Origin: a virus
Taxonomy: Duplodnaviria > Caudoviricetes
DNA: 64,000 bases
Virus record (IMG/VR): IMGVR_UViG_3300029288_000075
Location: 123,858-187,857 of that record
Strand: one strand, 5' to 3'
Of the stretch, positions 20,125 through 32,074 are shown one piece after another. Under the pieces are notes generated by a model. The model searched no databases. It was not told the DNA's origin and was given only the letters and a program-made list of their open reading frames with translations. The first letter of the stretch is position 1, and the number at the start of each line of letters is the position of its first letter. Made by a program: the position numbers and the translations under genes.

Positions 20125-22225
20125 GTGCGAATACTCAAAAAGAACCGTGGTCTGCATTCCAACCGCTACAGCCGAGAGCCGGAGGAGAAGCGATTCGCTG
20201 AGGCATGGGATGCCAAGAATCGTGGTGTTGTACGTACTCTGAACTACTTGCTGTCGTCGGACAGTCAAAGGGCAATTGAACCCAGTGACAGGGAACGCGT
20301 GTTAGCGGCCACCGTGATCCAGTGGTTGGGTTCATCTGTGGGGCAATCCTTTCTGGAGGATCTGGGGTATAGGCTCCTCTTCCGGTACAGGAAGTCATGA
20401 TTGTTGGCGCCTACGAGCTCACGCTGTATTGCGATACTGCGGGATGCCCGAAAGCTTCCTGCACACCCAACGGCTCGCAAGAGCCAGCACCGCCGTTCCA
20501 GACGTACGCAGAGACCGGCGGCGAGTGCCGAAGAAAAGCCAGACGTCTTGGCTGGTTCTTGAACCTGAAGACTGGTGGTTGCCTGTGTCCAACCTGTGCC
20601 CTAATACGTAGGAGATAATCGATGCCCATCAAGCGACCAACTACCCCTGTGGACGACCGCTGTGCCGACTGCAAGGAGTTCGACAAGGACGGCTGCTACA
20701 ACTGCGGGCCCCTCACGATTGCGAAGGTGTTCAACCCAGCGGAGCTTGGGAAGGGCGCTGCGCACAGACAGCTGGTGCAGGATGCCCAGGGTCACCATCC
20801 CAAAGACGCGTGTCCAGAAGAATGCATTCTCTGTGGCGTCAGGGATTGCCCATATGAGAATCCACTTCATTACCATCATGACGGCTGCCCTGCTTGTCAG
20901 GCGGCAAGAAGGCAAGCTAAGGAGAAGGAGCAGTCTGCGCTATCTGATGAAGAGTTACGACAGGCACTGTCCGACACGGCGTTCGAACGAATGGTACGCG
21001 CCGCGGGATGTAAACCAACGTTGGAATGGCTGGGTTGGATGCGTTGGGCGTACGAGCAGGGGCGCCAGAGTCGTGAAGTGGCTATCAGTATGCTCGAAGA
21101 AGAGAGAGCTGCGCACAACCAGCACAGGCTAGACTTGGGCGCTGCGTTAGACGCCAATCCCGGAGACCGGGCATCGTACATTGCGTTTGCCCAAATGATC
21201 TGCGCAGCGCATAGGGAATCCGAAAGGAAACTGGGCGACGTGATCGCGCATGCCGAGGAATCCGGATGGAACGGCGTCGAGAACCCGAAGGACCTGTGCG
21301 ACTACATCGTTGATACAGCCGAGCAGTTGCGTGCGGCTGAGCGGAAGCTGGACGCGTTGACACGGTGGAAGCCGCTTTCGGAACTTTCGGACGACATTCC
21401 TTCGGATCTATTTGTCGCGCTGGCGCTTGCAGAAAACCCGAATGATGCGTCAGTAGAGCGTGTTGCGTTCTTGCGCACTTTGCTACTCCCCGAACGGTAC
21501 ATCTACAGGCTCATGCCTGAGTCATTCGAGGTAATGGAGAAAGCGAAAACCGATGGCTGAATACGGAAACCGACCCACGCTCGACAAGCTGGAGCCGCAC
21601 TACAGCAGACACGTGAGCGCCATGACGACCGAGGGCCTGTGGTCAAAATCGGACATCGCGGCAGAGCTAGCCGTGCGGGATGCGAGACTCGAAGCGGCGC
21701 AGAGGCGGGTTGCGGCACTGGAGAAAGAAGCGTCTGGACTAGTTTCTGCGCTTCACAGCCAGTCCAGTGGTGCTCTATCTGTCGTGGCTCGATTCAAGCT
21801 TTCTGACCTTGAAGCAGCGCTCGCAGGAAGGAAGAGTGATGTCAAGGCCACAGAATAGAACCTACGCACTAGCAAATGTGCGAAAACCTGGATACGGGGT
21901 AACGTCTCAACGAGAGCGCGATGCTGAGTACAAGACTGGACGCGCGGGGCGGACTTCACGTATTCACGCGCTAAACTTGGAGGTCACTAAGCTGAAGGAG
22001 CTGCTCAAGGTGGCGTTGGAGGAGCGTAGGGCACTAGAAGATGAGCAGTTTCTTGAGGACCACCCATGCGCGTGCGTGGCCTTGAATAGCCAGCTGGGGA
22101 TCTTTGACATGGGAGAGCAAGAGCGTCGAGGGCGTGTCTCCTTTGACTCTCGCAGTCTCGTTGGTGAGTCATTCACCGCCAGCCGAAGTTGCATGACATG
22201 CGGAGGTACAGGAAAACCTAGATGA
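20125..22225 (+). other. Array of phage hypothetical CDSs (20125-20400, 20397-20618, 20622-21560, 21553-21858, 21839-22225)
   Basis: Coupled ORFs, several Cys-rich; motifs such as ATVIQWLGS and RHVSAMTTEGL.SKSDIAAEL. Confidence 0.6.
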
Positions 22226-22452
22226 CTAGCTCGAAACGAGTTATGAGACGATTCGGTAAAACGCTGGCAGCGATACGCCAATTGAAAGGCTTGTCGCAGG
22301 CTGAGCTAGCGCAAAAGGCGAAGCTTGCGCCGACATGGATTAGCCAGTTGGAGACAGGTAAGCGGCTGCCCTCTTTCATTACGCTGCAGAAGCTTGTCGG
22401 CGCGCTAGACGTGGATGCGTCAGTGCTGGTGGAGCTCGGAGAGGGCAGGTAA
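22222..22452 (+). CDS. XRE/Cro-type HTH transcriptional regulator
   Basis: FGKTLAAIRQLKGLSQAELA..ISQLETGKRLPSFITLQKL. Confidence 0.9.
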   Translation: MTSSKRVMRRFGKTLAAIRQLKGLSQAELAQKAKLAPTWISQLETGKRLPSFITLQKLVGALDVDASVLVELGEGR

Positions 22453-22457
22453 CCGCG

Positions 22458-23100
22458 TTGGCAGGGCCAACCCATGCGGAGCTAGATGCTGCCAAGAGGC
22501 TCGAGCGGCGTCTGGCTATGGAGGGCTACAAGCGGGTGGTTCAAGAAGCGCAACTTGAGCTGCCCGCAGCCAGCCTTCGTGACATCCTGAGCTCGAAGAC
22601 CATGCTGAGCCTGGCCACCGTTGTAACGGCCGGAGTAGGCATGGGGCTTACCATCAAAGAGATGCAACAGGCCGCAGATGAGTTGAAATCGCGCAAAGGG
22701 ACCTAACATGTCGAAGCACAACGAAGATACCCAGGTTGCCAAGGGACCCATAGACGTAGAAGACCTACGTAAGGCATTTGCTGAGTTGGATGCTGTCCCC
22801 TTCAAGATAGGCGGAAACCATCCACCAGGTACTGCCTCTTTCGTGGACGACAACCCGGATAACCCCGTACAACTCTGCGATTCGCAAGGGAACCAGCTGG
22901 TGCTGATGACCTTGGATGAGTACAAGGCATTCAGGGCGCACAAGCCGATAAGCATGGGCTGCAGGATGGATGTTCCAGTACTGCCCGCCGGGCATTCCTT
23001 TGAGTGCGAACAGCAGGAATCCGTGGCTGAGCTAATTATGGGCTGCCTACTGCCGGAGAGGCTGACCCCCTCTCTCACCAATACCAAGGACCGCAAGTAG
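22458..23100 (+). other. Two hypothetical CDSs (22458-22706, 22708-23100)
   Basis: Tiled + strand ORFs. Confidence 0.55.
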
Positions 23101-26100
23101 ATGGCAAATTACACCAGCGATGAGATTCAGACCGCCGTAGAGCAAATCGTGCGCTCTAGCATACGCACACCCACCGGCAGCGTCGGTGAAAGGCGGGTTG
23201 ATACAACATTCACGGACCTCCAAGAAGCTGCCTCAGGGGTGTTCGTTCTCTACTACAATGCCCCGTTCTACGTCATCGGGCTGGGAACTACAAGAATCGC
23301 CGACGCAGCCCAAACCCAGCAGCAAACCCTCAATTCCATCGTGGATGCCATCAGAGCCCTCGGGAACATCGTAACCCCCGTGGGAGACATCTCCTCGCTT
23401 GCTAACGCGAAAGCTGCCCTCCAGGAGCTCGAAGGTGCCGTAGGAGCTCGAGCTCAGGGGTTTTCCGACATCTCCAACGTGCCCGCCTTCAGAAGGTACG
23501 CCCAGAACCTCTCCAAGTTCGTCGATGACTACGGTGGGAACGTGAAGGGGTTCGTGGAGGATGAGGAGACTGGTGCGTCCGTCCCAGGCATCGTAGACAC
23601 CCCCTCGGGGGCCAAGTCCAAGATCCCAGGCCTCGTGAAGCAGATGATTGAGCAGCACAAGGAGCTGGTCCGCCGTGTAACCCAGCTTGCGGGGGCCATG
23701 GACGACTTCGCCAGTCTCCAGCTGCCTCAGGTGACTGCCCAGGGCGTCATCTCGAGGGCTCGGCAGGTGCTGGACAGCCACTACGACACGCTTTCGGGCC
23801 AAACCCCCGAAGAGCGCCTTGGTGACCTGCGCTCAATACTGCTGGACTTGCTCACCCAGCAGCCGCTGGTGCAGCAATACGGGGCTGCCTTGGGCCCAAG
23901 CGAGTACATCACCACGAAGGGGCGTGGGGTTGCTACCAGCGATGGAACTCATCTGGCCTCACCGGCGCAGCTCGCAGCCACCGCGTACGGTCCATACCCA
24001 ATCACTGAGGCGAACCAGTTCGTGCGGTTCACCATGGATGGAGGCACACCCTTCAACTTCCCACTGCCGCTGGGCTACGTGGCAGAGCTGCGGTCCATCT
24101 TCTCTGGCCCGTACTTGATAGATGCCACCAACGACCGTCTCGTGGTGGACTTTGGTCTGCCAGGGATGATGGTGCGCTACACCGTCGCACTGACCCATGG
24201 CACTTTTTATGCGGAAGGCATTGCCATACAGGCGAATGTAGCCTTCGGTGCCATCTCCTTACGGTGCGAGACGTTCTTCAACCCGATCAAGTACGAGTCA
24301 CATGTAATCACCACGGTGGAGAGTACCAACGTGGCGCGTTTCACCTTGATGGCAGGTGGACTCACGGGGCTCAACATTGCCTTGACCGATGAAGTAGAAA
24401 TTCTGGATGGGCCCAATGCGGGAACCACGTGGGCTATCACCTTCGTGGACCCTGCGGGGCAGTATGTACTTGCCGGTGGTACTACAAACGTGACTCCGGT
24501 GGGGCTTCCCGACGGAGTGCACATCCAGATTGGGCCCGCAGAGCGTTCGCTAATGCTCGTTGATACCGACGCTGCCACGTCTTTGGCAGTTCGAAGGGCT
24601 ATCAGCCTGCCCATCACCAATGGCGTTGGAGATCTAGGGGCAGCAGTGTTGGGATTCTACCCAGGGATGCAGGTGCGCTCAAGGGCTGTGGCCGCCGCAG
24701 ACGTGGCCAACTACATTGCCAAGTCCACTACGCTGCTCAATGCCAGTGCTGAGTTTGGCGACATTCGCTACACTGGCAATGCCCGCTCGTACGAGACGGA
24801 TCATGGCCGTATCGTGCTGTCCGAGTACTACGGCACTGGCAGTATTACGGCCGGCACAATCACCACGTACACACCTGATGTTGCGCTGCCAGCTACGGTG
24901 CAGGTTGGATTCAAGTTTGTGGTCCGTGCTTCTATCACCCCAGGAGATATAGGTAAGGTGGGTACTGTTGTGCAGCTGGTGCCCATCGTCAGAGTGGCGT
25001 TTTCCGTAGCTATCGTAGCGGGGACCATTACGGCCGAGGCTGGCCCAAGCGTGTGGTTCGACGCGGGGGACATCTTGAAGATCACCGCGGGGCCCAATCA
25101 GGGCAGGTACGTGGTGCGTGAGGAAGCCGGGTACCAGACAGACAGTCCACTTGAGATTCTGCTTGAGGCGTCGCTACCTGTACCAATCGCAAACGGGACG
25201 TTTTCTACCTTCTCGGTGGAGCTAGGTGCGGAGCGTGTGGTGTTCGCAAGCCGGGTTCCTCAGACGACCAGCACGGTGGTGGTGAACAACCCAGTGAGTG
25301 CGGGGTCAGGAGCGGAGTACTTTTTTGCCCCTACGGAGTTGCCGGCGAGTGCAGAGGGTACAACTCCGTGGATGAGGTTCACGCAGTACCCTGCTGGCGT
25401 ACAGGTGGGTGACCTCATGCAGTTGTTCGAAACGGACTTCCTCACACCAAGCAGGGCCTACACCATCACGAGTACAGAGCAGGGAACTAGGTTGCTGAAG
25501 GTGACGCCTGGACTGCTGCCCGATGATGACTTCTCCTTCGAGTTCAACACGCCAGTGCCTTTCGGGCGCATTCGAGTGGCGAAGGTAGCGGACTTTCAGG
25601 AGCTCAAGACACGCTTGACTACTTGGCTAGGGCTGTCTGAACAACAGCAGCTGTATCTGACGGGGATCTTGCCGGTGTTGAATCCGCTACTCACTACTAC
25701 GAACCCCACGGCGTTGCAGATTGGGGATGCGGTCAACTACTTCCAGGCGGTGTCCGAGGTCCTTACGGTCAAGGCAGCCACGAACCACGTAGCACCGGTG
25801 TCTGCCACGCTCGAGTATGCGCTGCAGCAGTACACGCCACCCCCAGAAGAAGCAGTCGATACATTATTGGCAACTTTCAGGCATAAGGGAGCTGATAGAG
25901 CGATTGACCTACTGCTTGAGGGACGCTTCGGTGACTTCTTCGGTTTGAGCATGGATGAGTCCAGCTACTCCGGGATGTTGTTGAAGGGCATCCGAGACAT
26001 GGCCCGAGAAGACCTGCCAGTCCGCAGGTTCGACAGGCGTAAGCTGATAGGACAAACGCTCATTGGGGCAGCACCAAACCAGAAGGACTCTGAGTTCGAT

Positions 26101-26178
26101 GAAGAAGACGCGGATTCTCCGAAACAACCTGACATTCCTATTGGCGATAGCGTTTCACGGCCTGGCGCCGACTTCTGA
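23101..26178 (+). CDS. Large putative virion structural protein (baseplate/tail-associated)
   Basis: 1025 aa; helical N- and C-termini around a long beta/Gly-Thr-rich region with GPY.I and I..GPN.G repeats. Confidence 0.6.
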   Translation: MANYTSDEIQTAVEQIVRSSIRTPTGSVGERRVDTTFTDLQEAASGVFVLYYNAPFYVIGLGTTRIADAAQTQQQTLNSIVDAIRALGNIVTPVGDISSLANAKAALQELEGAVGARAQGFSDISNVPAFRRYAQNLSKFVDDYGGNVKGFVEDEETGASVPGIVDTPSGAKSKIPGLVKQMIEQHKELVRRVTQLAGAMDDFASLQLPQVTAQGVISRARQVLDSHYDTLSGQTPEERLGDLRSILLDLLTQQPLVQQYGAALGPSEYITTKGRGVATSDGTHLASPAQLAATAYGPYPITEANQFVRFTMDGGTPFNFPLPLGYVAELRSIFSGPYLIDATNDRLVVDFGLPGMMVRYTVALTHGTFYAEGIAIQANVAFGAISLRCETFFNPIKYESHVITTVESTNVARFTLMAGGLTGLNIALTDEVEILDGPNAGTTWAITFVDPAGQYVLAGGTTNVTPVGLPDGVHIQIGPAERSLMLVDTDAATSLAVRRAISLPITNGVGDLGAAVLGFYPGMQVRSRAVAAADVANYIAKSTTLLNASAEFGDIRYTGNARSYETDHGRIVLSEYYGTGSITAGTITTYTPDVALPATVQVGFKFVVRASITPGDIGKVGTVVQLVPIVRVAFSVAIVAGTITAEAGPSVWFDAGDILKITAGPNQGRYVVREEAGYQTDSPLEILLEASLPVPIANGTFSTFSVELGAERVVFASRVPQTTSTVVVNNPVSAGSGAEYFFAPTELPASAEGTTPWMRFTQYPAGVQVGDLMQLFETDFLTPSRAYTITSTEQGTRLLKVTPGLLPDDDFSFEFNTPVPFGRIRVAKVADFQELKTRLTTWLGLSEQQQLYLTGILPVLNPLLTTTNPTALQIGDAVNYFQAVSEVLTVKAATNHVAPVSATLEYALQQYTPPPEEAVDTLLATFRHKGADRAIDLLLEGRFGDFFGLSMDESSYSGMLLKGIRDMAREDLPVRRFDRRKLIGQTLIGAAPNQKDSEFDEEDADSPKQPDIPIGDSVSRPGADF

Positions 26179-26241
26179 AGAGACTCGGGACGCTATCCTG
26201 AAGCACTTCAGGCAATGCAGGAACAGGCACTAGAGGACAGC

Positions 26242-26282
26242 TGTTCCCGGCGGTGGTGTAGAGGTGCCCATCGCCGGGAGCA
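26242..26282 (+). promoter_or_regulatory. 15-bp RNA hairpin upstream of SD
   Basis: TGTTCCCGGCGGTGG pairs with CCATCGCCGGGAGCA (two G-U pairs); no U-tract. Confidence 0.5.
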
Positions 26283-26297
26283 CAACTGGAGGTAACC

Positions 26298-26699
26298 ATG
26301 GAACCACGAGCTGAGATCTACGAGCGATTGAAGAAGAGCCCAATCATCCCACCAGATGAGTTGGACCACGCCATGCAGTTGGTGGACACTCTGCTGCAGG
26401 CGTGCGGGTCATTGCAAGCCGCGGGGGTGCCCATTTTCACGTTGATACACGTCTGTACGTTGCCTACCCGACAGCAGGTGTCGTTACCCGTGTCGCTCGT
26501 GGAAGAGATGGTTGCAGCAATGGGCGTCGGAGAGATGGGTCTTCAAACGTTGCGTACTTTACGAGACATTGCAGGCGAGATGGTACTTCGTATCCTGTTC
26601 ATCACGCCAACGGGCATGTCGGTGCTTGCAGTGCAGTACATACCAAAGTCAGATGGTCCCCACGTGGCGGTGAACTGCACTACCACTGGCAGCGCCTGA
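26298..26699 (+). CDS. Hypothetical protein
   Basis: GGAGGT SD. Confidence 0.7.
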   Translation: MEPRAEIYERLKKSPIIPPDELDHAMQLVDTLLQACGSLQAAGVPIFTLIHVCTLPTRQQVSLPVSLVEEMVAAMGVGEMGLQTLRTLRDIAGEMVLRILFITPTGMSVLAVQYIPKSDGPHVAVNCTTTGSA

Positions 26700-26719
26700 C
26701 ACTCCAGAGGAGGAATTAC

Positions 26720-26788
26720 ATGAAGGCGCTATCAGTACGTCAGCCTTGGCTTGACGCCATTCTGAGTGTGGTCGGGTCAGCCGTATGA
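26720..26788 (+). pseudogene. Truncated ASCH-domain gene remnant
   Basis: AGGAGG SD then MKALSVRQPW, the classic ASCH N-terminus; stops after 22 codons. Confidence 0.6.
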
Positions 26789-26864
26789 TTGAGGAGAGCG
26801 TTTATCTGGTTCGGGACCTGAATGGGTTGCGGCAAGCTCTTCGGGTATTCAGGAAGGAGCACTG

Positions 26865-29800
26865 ATGCAACGGTCTGAGCACCGTAGCGGACGACGCATC
26901 GCCGTCATGTACTTCCTCACCAGGTTCTATCGGGCACAAAAGCGTGGAGACTCTGTGCTGCGAGACAAACTGGGCGAAGTGCTCGAGGAGATACAAGCCA
27001 GTTGCCCGCACAGCGAGGCAGGACGGTTTCAGGCCAAAGTCAGCGGCACGAAGATACGAGCAGGTCAGTGGTTCACCATGTGCATGGAGTGCAACAAGCT
27101 GTTGGGCTACGAAGATGCGCCAAAAGACAGGCCAAGTGGGGTACAAGTAAGACAAGGACTGTAACTAATGGACAAATGTACCTGCGATGACTTCTGCGAC
27201 GGCCCCTGTCCTGAGCACGCCACCGAAGAGGAGAAGGCTGCTTGGAACGGGGGCTTGGGGGACTTGGAAGGTGCCTACCCCGAGTACAGCCCTTCCGAGG
27301 TCTTGGCCAACGACCGCTTGAAGCTCTGGCACAGCACCACAGATGCTCGAGCCGTGCAGGTGGCCTTGATGCTGAGCGACGAGGAGTACGCCACCTTCGT
27401 TGAACGCAATGAGCTTCCTGCAGACTACATGAGCAGAAGCAGATACGACTACGCCAAGGTTCCCGGTATTGGCCAGCTTCAGGGAGACCTTGTGCCGGAC
27501 TTGGACAAACCGCTCACTGTGGAGTCCTTAGTTCAGCAGTACGAGGCAAGGGCCAAGGAAGTACATACGAAGCTTGGCTGGTTCAGCGACCACTGGCAGG
27601 GTTTGGCAGAGCTGTGGGCCGTGGCTGACTTGGAGATCATCCGCATGACCTTGGCAATGCACCCCAACGAGCCACAAGACATTGTGCTACGTAGGCTGTA
27701 CAAGCTGCCCCCAAGGCACACGCTACCATCTACGACAGAGGAGACTGAGAGGACATGCGACTCTACAAATGTGAATGGCCCGACGGCGACGTGACCATGA
27801 TTCTGGCGCGCAACAAAGAAGAAGCGCTGGATGACCTCGACGAGATTGGGAATGCTGACATCGAGATGCTCACGGAAGTGCGCAGTTTCATGGTTACCTT
27901 TGCGCCAACGGAGGTTGAGCACCCAGAGGTAGACGAACCTGACTTCGAGTGGAGTCTAAGCCATCTCGGGGAGTGCATGGTAGGCGTGCTACCAGCGATC
28001 GAGGAGGCAATAGCACGTTTAGGGTCCTATGTGGGCGCGGGAGACCCTATGTTGGAAGAGCTCGACGGCAACCCTACTGGTGATGAGTGTGATGGGAACT
28101 GCGCCAATTGCGAGCATGCGTCTACAGATCCCAACAAGGTCGGTACAGGGCCCATGCAAGCTCTGGCAGAAGAACATCTGCATCGTCCCTCAGTGCTGGC
28201 CGTACACGAGGTGTTCCCTGACCTATGCCCCCAATTCCCTACCAAGTTGCAGAAGCTGTTCGCGCGAAACGTCGAATACATGTGCTTCGGCTTGAGCCAG
28301 ATAGCAGCGTATCCTCCGTTGCGTTACCTGGTGGGGGTTGTTCAGCTGAACGAGCAGGGCAAGGGCATGTGCGCCATATTTTCTCGTCAAAACTTGGTGG
28401 CAACGCATCCTGACGACGCAGAGTTGGTCAAGCAGGCGGAACAAGGGATACAGCCAAGCGATATGCACCTGCCTGTGCTGTTGGTCGGACCAAGCAGGAA
28501 GGAAGCGCACGTCATCAACGTGCCTCAAGTACTGCAGTCATTCAATGCGAAGAAGGAAGCCATGGCAGCTACAACCTCGCCAGGCTCTACGGAGAACAAC
28601 TAGATGAACGAGATCATTGTCGGTAGCAAGCCCAGCGTCTCTACTACGCCCAAGTGCAAACTCATGGTCTCCATCATGGAGCTCAACCACAGCAACATCG
28701 TGCTGCCGGGGCAGCCACCGCCGCCCCAGCTGGACCCGCGGATAAAGTTCATTGGGCAGTTCTTCATGCCCGGTCCGCAGGGGCCTGTGGGTATTGGCGT
28801 AGTTGGCGAGACCAGGGACGAGGTCCTGGAGAAGCTGAAGATCGCGCTGCCCAACGTAATGCGGGACTTCCACTACATCTCCATCGAGCAGTTCGAACTG
28901 ACGCTGGGAGGCTGAGGTGGCTGAATCGTCCAATGGTGCTGACGCCAGGACGCCGAGGTATCTTCTTGTTGGGAAGCAGGTTGGTAGGGAGCTGGCCTTG
29001 TTAGGTACAGCTCCCAGCTGGGAGCAGGCCATGGAGGGTGTTTACGCTTTACTCGATGGGTGTCCAGAAGGGGTGCTGCTTGTGGATACTATTGAGCGAA
29101 GGTCACGTCTCGTGAAGAACAAGAATACTCTAGTCAACAAGGCTGAGGAGACGGGTTAGCCATGGCATACGGCGAGTTGGTTACGATAGAGGACTGCAGG
29201 GTGGTGGCGGTCTCCACAAAGAACGAGTCGGTCCTTGTCCACAACGACGAGTGGGATGAGGACCTCTGGTTCCCAGACAGTCAGATTGACGACAACGCAT
29301 CCGAGATCTACAGCGGCTGCAAACGCGGGGATACAGGAAAGCTCGTCATCACGGAATGGATTGCCAAGCAGAAAGGGATCCTCTGAGTTATGGCGTACTA
29401 CGTAGTTGCTGGTAGCAACGCGAAAGGGGGTCTTGTTGTTTTGGATACGTACAAGGGGTGGCTCGTCTACGGTGTAGACGACGTATTGCTGTACGCCTGT
29501 GGGCGTCACTTCAAGAGTCACGCGGAAAGTAAGCGGGCTGCTGCACGAGCTCTTCGGATGTACCCAACGTACAGACTAGTACCTACAAAAGTTGTCATAG
29601 GAGGGCCTGCTAGTGTGCCACGGGCCTCCTGAGAAGGTACCAATCCAGAATGACTGAGGTGATTCATCGCCTCTTGTGGTGCATCGTGGCTGGCCTACTA
29701 TTCGTGGCGCTGGCTGCGATGCATTCTATAACCCGAAAGGATTGATGTATGGCTAGCCCACTGCGCAAGCTGACCTTTGACGATGTTGTATTTACCGTAG

Positions 29801-30707
29801 AGGCTGTAGAGGACGACACGCCGATACAGGGAAATGCACAGGCTTCTGATGATCCAAGGGCAGACAAGGCCTACGAGTGCGAGCTTCTGCTGCGGCGGGC
29901 TCAGGGTGACGTCTGGGCCTGGGCGCTGGTGCGGGTGATTGCCACGTGGAAGTACTTCCGTGGATCAACCGTTCTGGGTGGTTGCACGTACAAGGACCTC
30001 CAGGAGTTCATGGGTGACGTCTACTACGCCGACATGAAGATTCAAGCGCTGGATGATCTGCAGGAGAAACTCCAGCACACCTACGACAATCTAGCGGAGC
30101 TGGTGGTTGACGAATCCGCCGCGCTGCGTAGGCAAATTGCCGAATACGAGGAGCTATTGGCAGATGACGGAAAGTGAGAGCATAAAGGGACAGCACAATT
30201 TGTTGGAGTTCGAGTACTTCCCTTCTCGCGGCCTGTGCATTATTCGAGCACTGCACTCTGGTGCATATTACGCCCGCATCCGCAACTTGGACACGTCGCC
30301 TGAGGTTTGTCCTTTTCCAGGAATCTGGGTGTCCTTAGAGACCTTGCGGTTGGCTATGGAGTTCGTAGGACAGCACAAGGCGGACAAGCCCGCCAATCCC
30401 CCTGTGGTTACGGATCACTGCCATGCGAAATGAGCAGGTGGACCGGCGTGCCTTTATCCGTTGGACAGCGGCAGGACAGACGCTGCTCCTCGAGCGGGAC
30501 AGGGCAGGTACCGTGTATGTACTTCCCGACGACGGTGGTCCAGAGGAGAAGCGCATGCATGAGCTGGTGGAAGCGCTGGATCGCGGTGAGACCATAGAGT
30601 TGGTGAATTCAGGGACAGGGAAAGTGCTGTCTACGATGGAGCTCACCGACGACGGTTACGTAGAGCGTCTGGCACCAGGCGTGGTGGTACGCGAGTTGGA
30701 CTACTGA
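26865..30707 (+). other. Array of hypothetical CDSs (26865-27164, 27168-27794, 27755-28603, 28604-28915, 28917-29159, 29162-29386, 29390-29632, 29749-30177, 30164-30433, 30423-30707)
   Basis: Tiled ORFs with tight spacing. Confidence 0.6.
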
Positions 30708-30796
30708 GGCAGCGGCGTCTTGTACTTCACAGGGCGCCGCCAGCAGCTCATCTTCAGGGGAATTCGCCTTTTCTTAGGTGTCTTTTGCGGCATAGG

Positions 30797-30822
30797 AAAG
30801 TCGGAGTGGATTGAGGCATAAG
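30797..30822 (+). promoter_or_regulatory. Phage promoter AAA-N15-GGCATAAG
   Basis: Follows hairpins and TTTTCTTAG; AGGAGG and ATG 30847 downstream. Confidence 0.75.
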
Positions 30823-30846
30823 GGCTGTACAGGAGGCTCTACTGAC

Positions 30847-31815
30847 ATGGACAGAGAAGTACAGGCATTCGAGGATACGGTGAATTCGCTCACTAGTGCA
30901 TTGCGCTATGCCGGACAGGCGCTGTCAGAGGCAGCAACGGCGGTGGCCTTGGTTATGTCGGCCGAACAGGAAGCAAGTGAGGCCAGGCAGGAACAGGAGG
31001 TGGTGAAACCTGATGCCCCGAGGGTTCTTTCAGGCCAATACCCTCACTTTGTGTCGATCCGGCTGTGGCGCTGCTCGAGCAAGGAGAACGCCGGGAAGTC
31101 GATTTGTCAACTGCGCCGTGCGGATACCGACGAGTGGCTGTGGTCCAGTCACCCTTACAAGGATGCGGGCAGGGCGATTCGCGATGCGTCAAATACTGCC
31201 CACAGGTTTGGCTGGGAGGTAGTGAGTCAGAGCGGGGCTACCGGCAGTGATGGACCTGAGGAGGTCTTGGATCCTGATGATGGTCAGAGCGACTATCAGC
31301 GTGGATTCGAGGCAGGGCAATGTACCTCTGGTGCAGCGAAGAAGGCAACGCCCCCACCCAACAAGAGATACGTGGTGGGTTTCCGCTTTAGTGGGGATCT
31401 CCAGTCTGTTGTCTTGATACTCAAGACCCATCCAGAGTGGCAGGCAGGGAGATACAATGGAGTTGGTGGCCACATCGAAGACGGCGAGACTCCAGAGCAG
31501 ACCATGAAACGCGAGTACCTGGAGGAGACTGGTACTACTGAAGCCAACTGGAAGCTGTTCAACACGCTGTACGGCAAGGACGGTAACTTCTCCGTGGACT
31601 TCTTTTGGGCCAGAGGACCTCTGACACTACTGCGTAGTACGACAGAGGAGACGGTGCATTGGTTAGACGTCGACGCTGTTGTTACGGGCAAGCTTCCCAC
31701 GTTGCCCAGTCTAGGCTGGATGATCCCAATGGCTATAACGGACATTCGGCGCACGGACGTATGTACCCGCTTCGTCACTCATGAGGAAGAGTACGTGGGT
31801 GATCCTCATGACTAG
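30847..31815 (+). CDS. NUDIX hydrolase with unknown N-terminal extension
   Basis: Nudix box GGHIEDGETPEQTMKREYLEETG; PEWQAGRYNG. Confidence 0.85.
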   Translation: MDREVQAFEDTVNSLTSALRYAGQALSEAATAVALVMSAEQEASEARQEQEVVKPDAPRVLSGQYPHFVSIRLWRCSSKENAGKSICQLRRADTDEWLWSSHPYKDAGRAIRDASNTAHRFGWEVVSQSGATGSDGPEEVLDPDDGQSDYQRGFEAGQCTSGAAKKATPPPNKRYVVGFRFSGDLQSVVLILKTHPEWQAGRYNGVGGHIEDGETPEQTMKREYLEETGTTEANWKLFNTLYGKDGNFSVDFFWARGPLTLLRSTTEETVHWLDVDAVVTGKLPTLPSLGWMIPMAITDIRRTDVCTRFVTHEEEYVGDPHD

Positions 31816-32074
31816 GGTTGCAGGGTACGTCGCCACAATGGAGGGCCAATGACTCTGGGAGAAGCGCTTGCCCGTGTTGTGCTGCAAGAAGGCACCGTCT
31901 ACGCGCAGGCTTTGGTAGGTGATGGCGTTGGAGACGTCTGTCGCATCATGTATCACGCGGCGCAGGATAGGCCGGAGCCCACCCTGCGCTTTACAATATG
32001 CGGGGCTTCGGTTTCGGAGATCCCGATAAACCTGGATTGGTGTCTGAGGATGACTTACCGATTGGAGAAGCCTG

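Noticed and set aside
25880-25887. GGCATAAG match inside the 1025-aa gene
   Set aside because: Upstream triplet at the 15-nt spacing is CAT rather than A-rich, and no nearby start codon; likely chance
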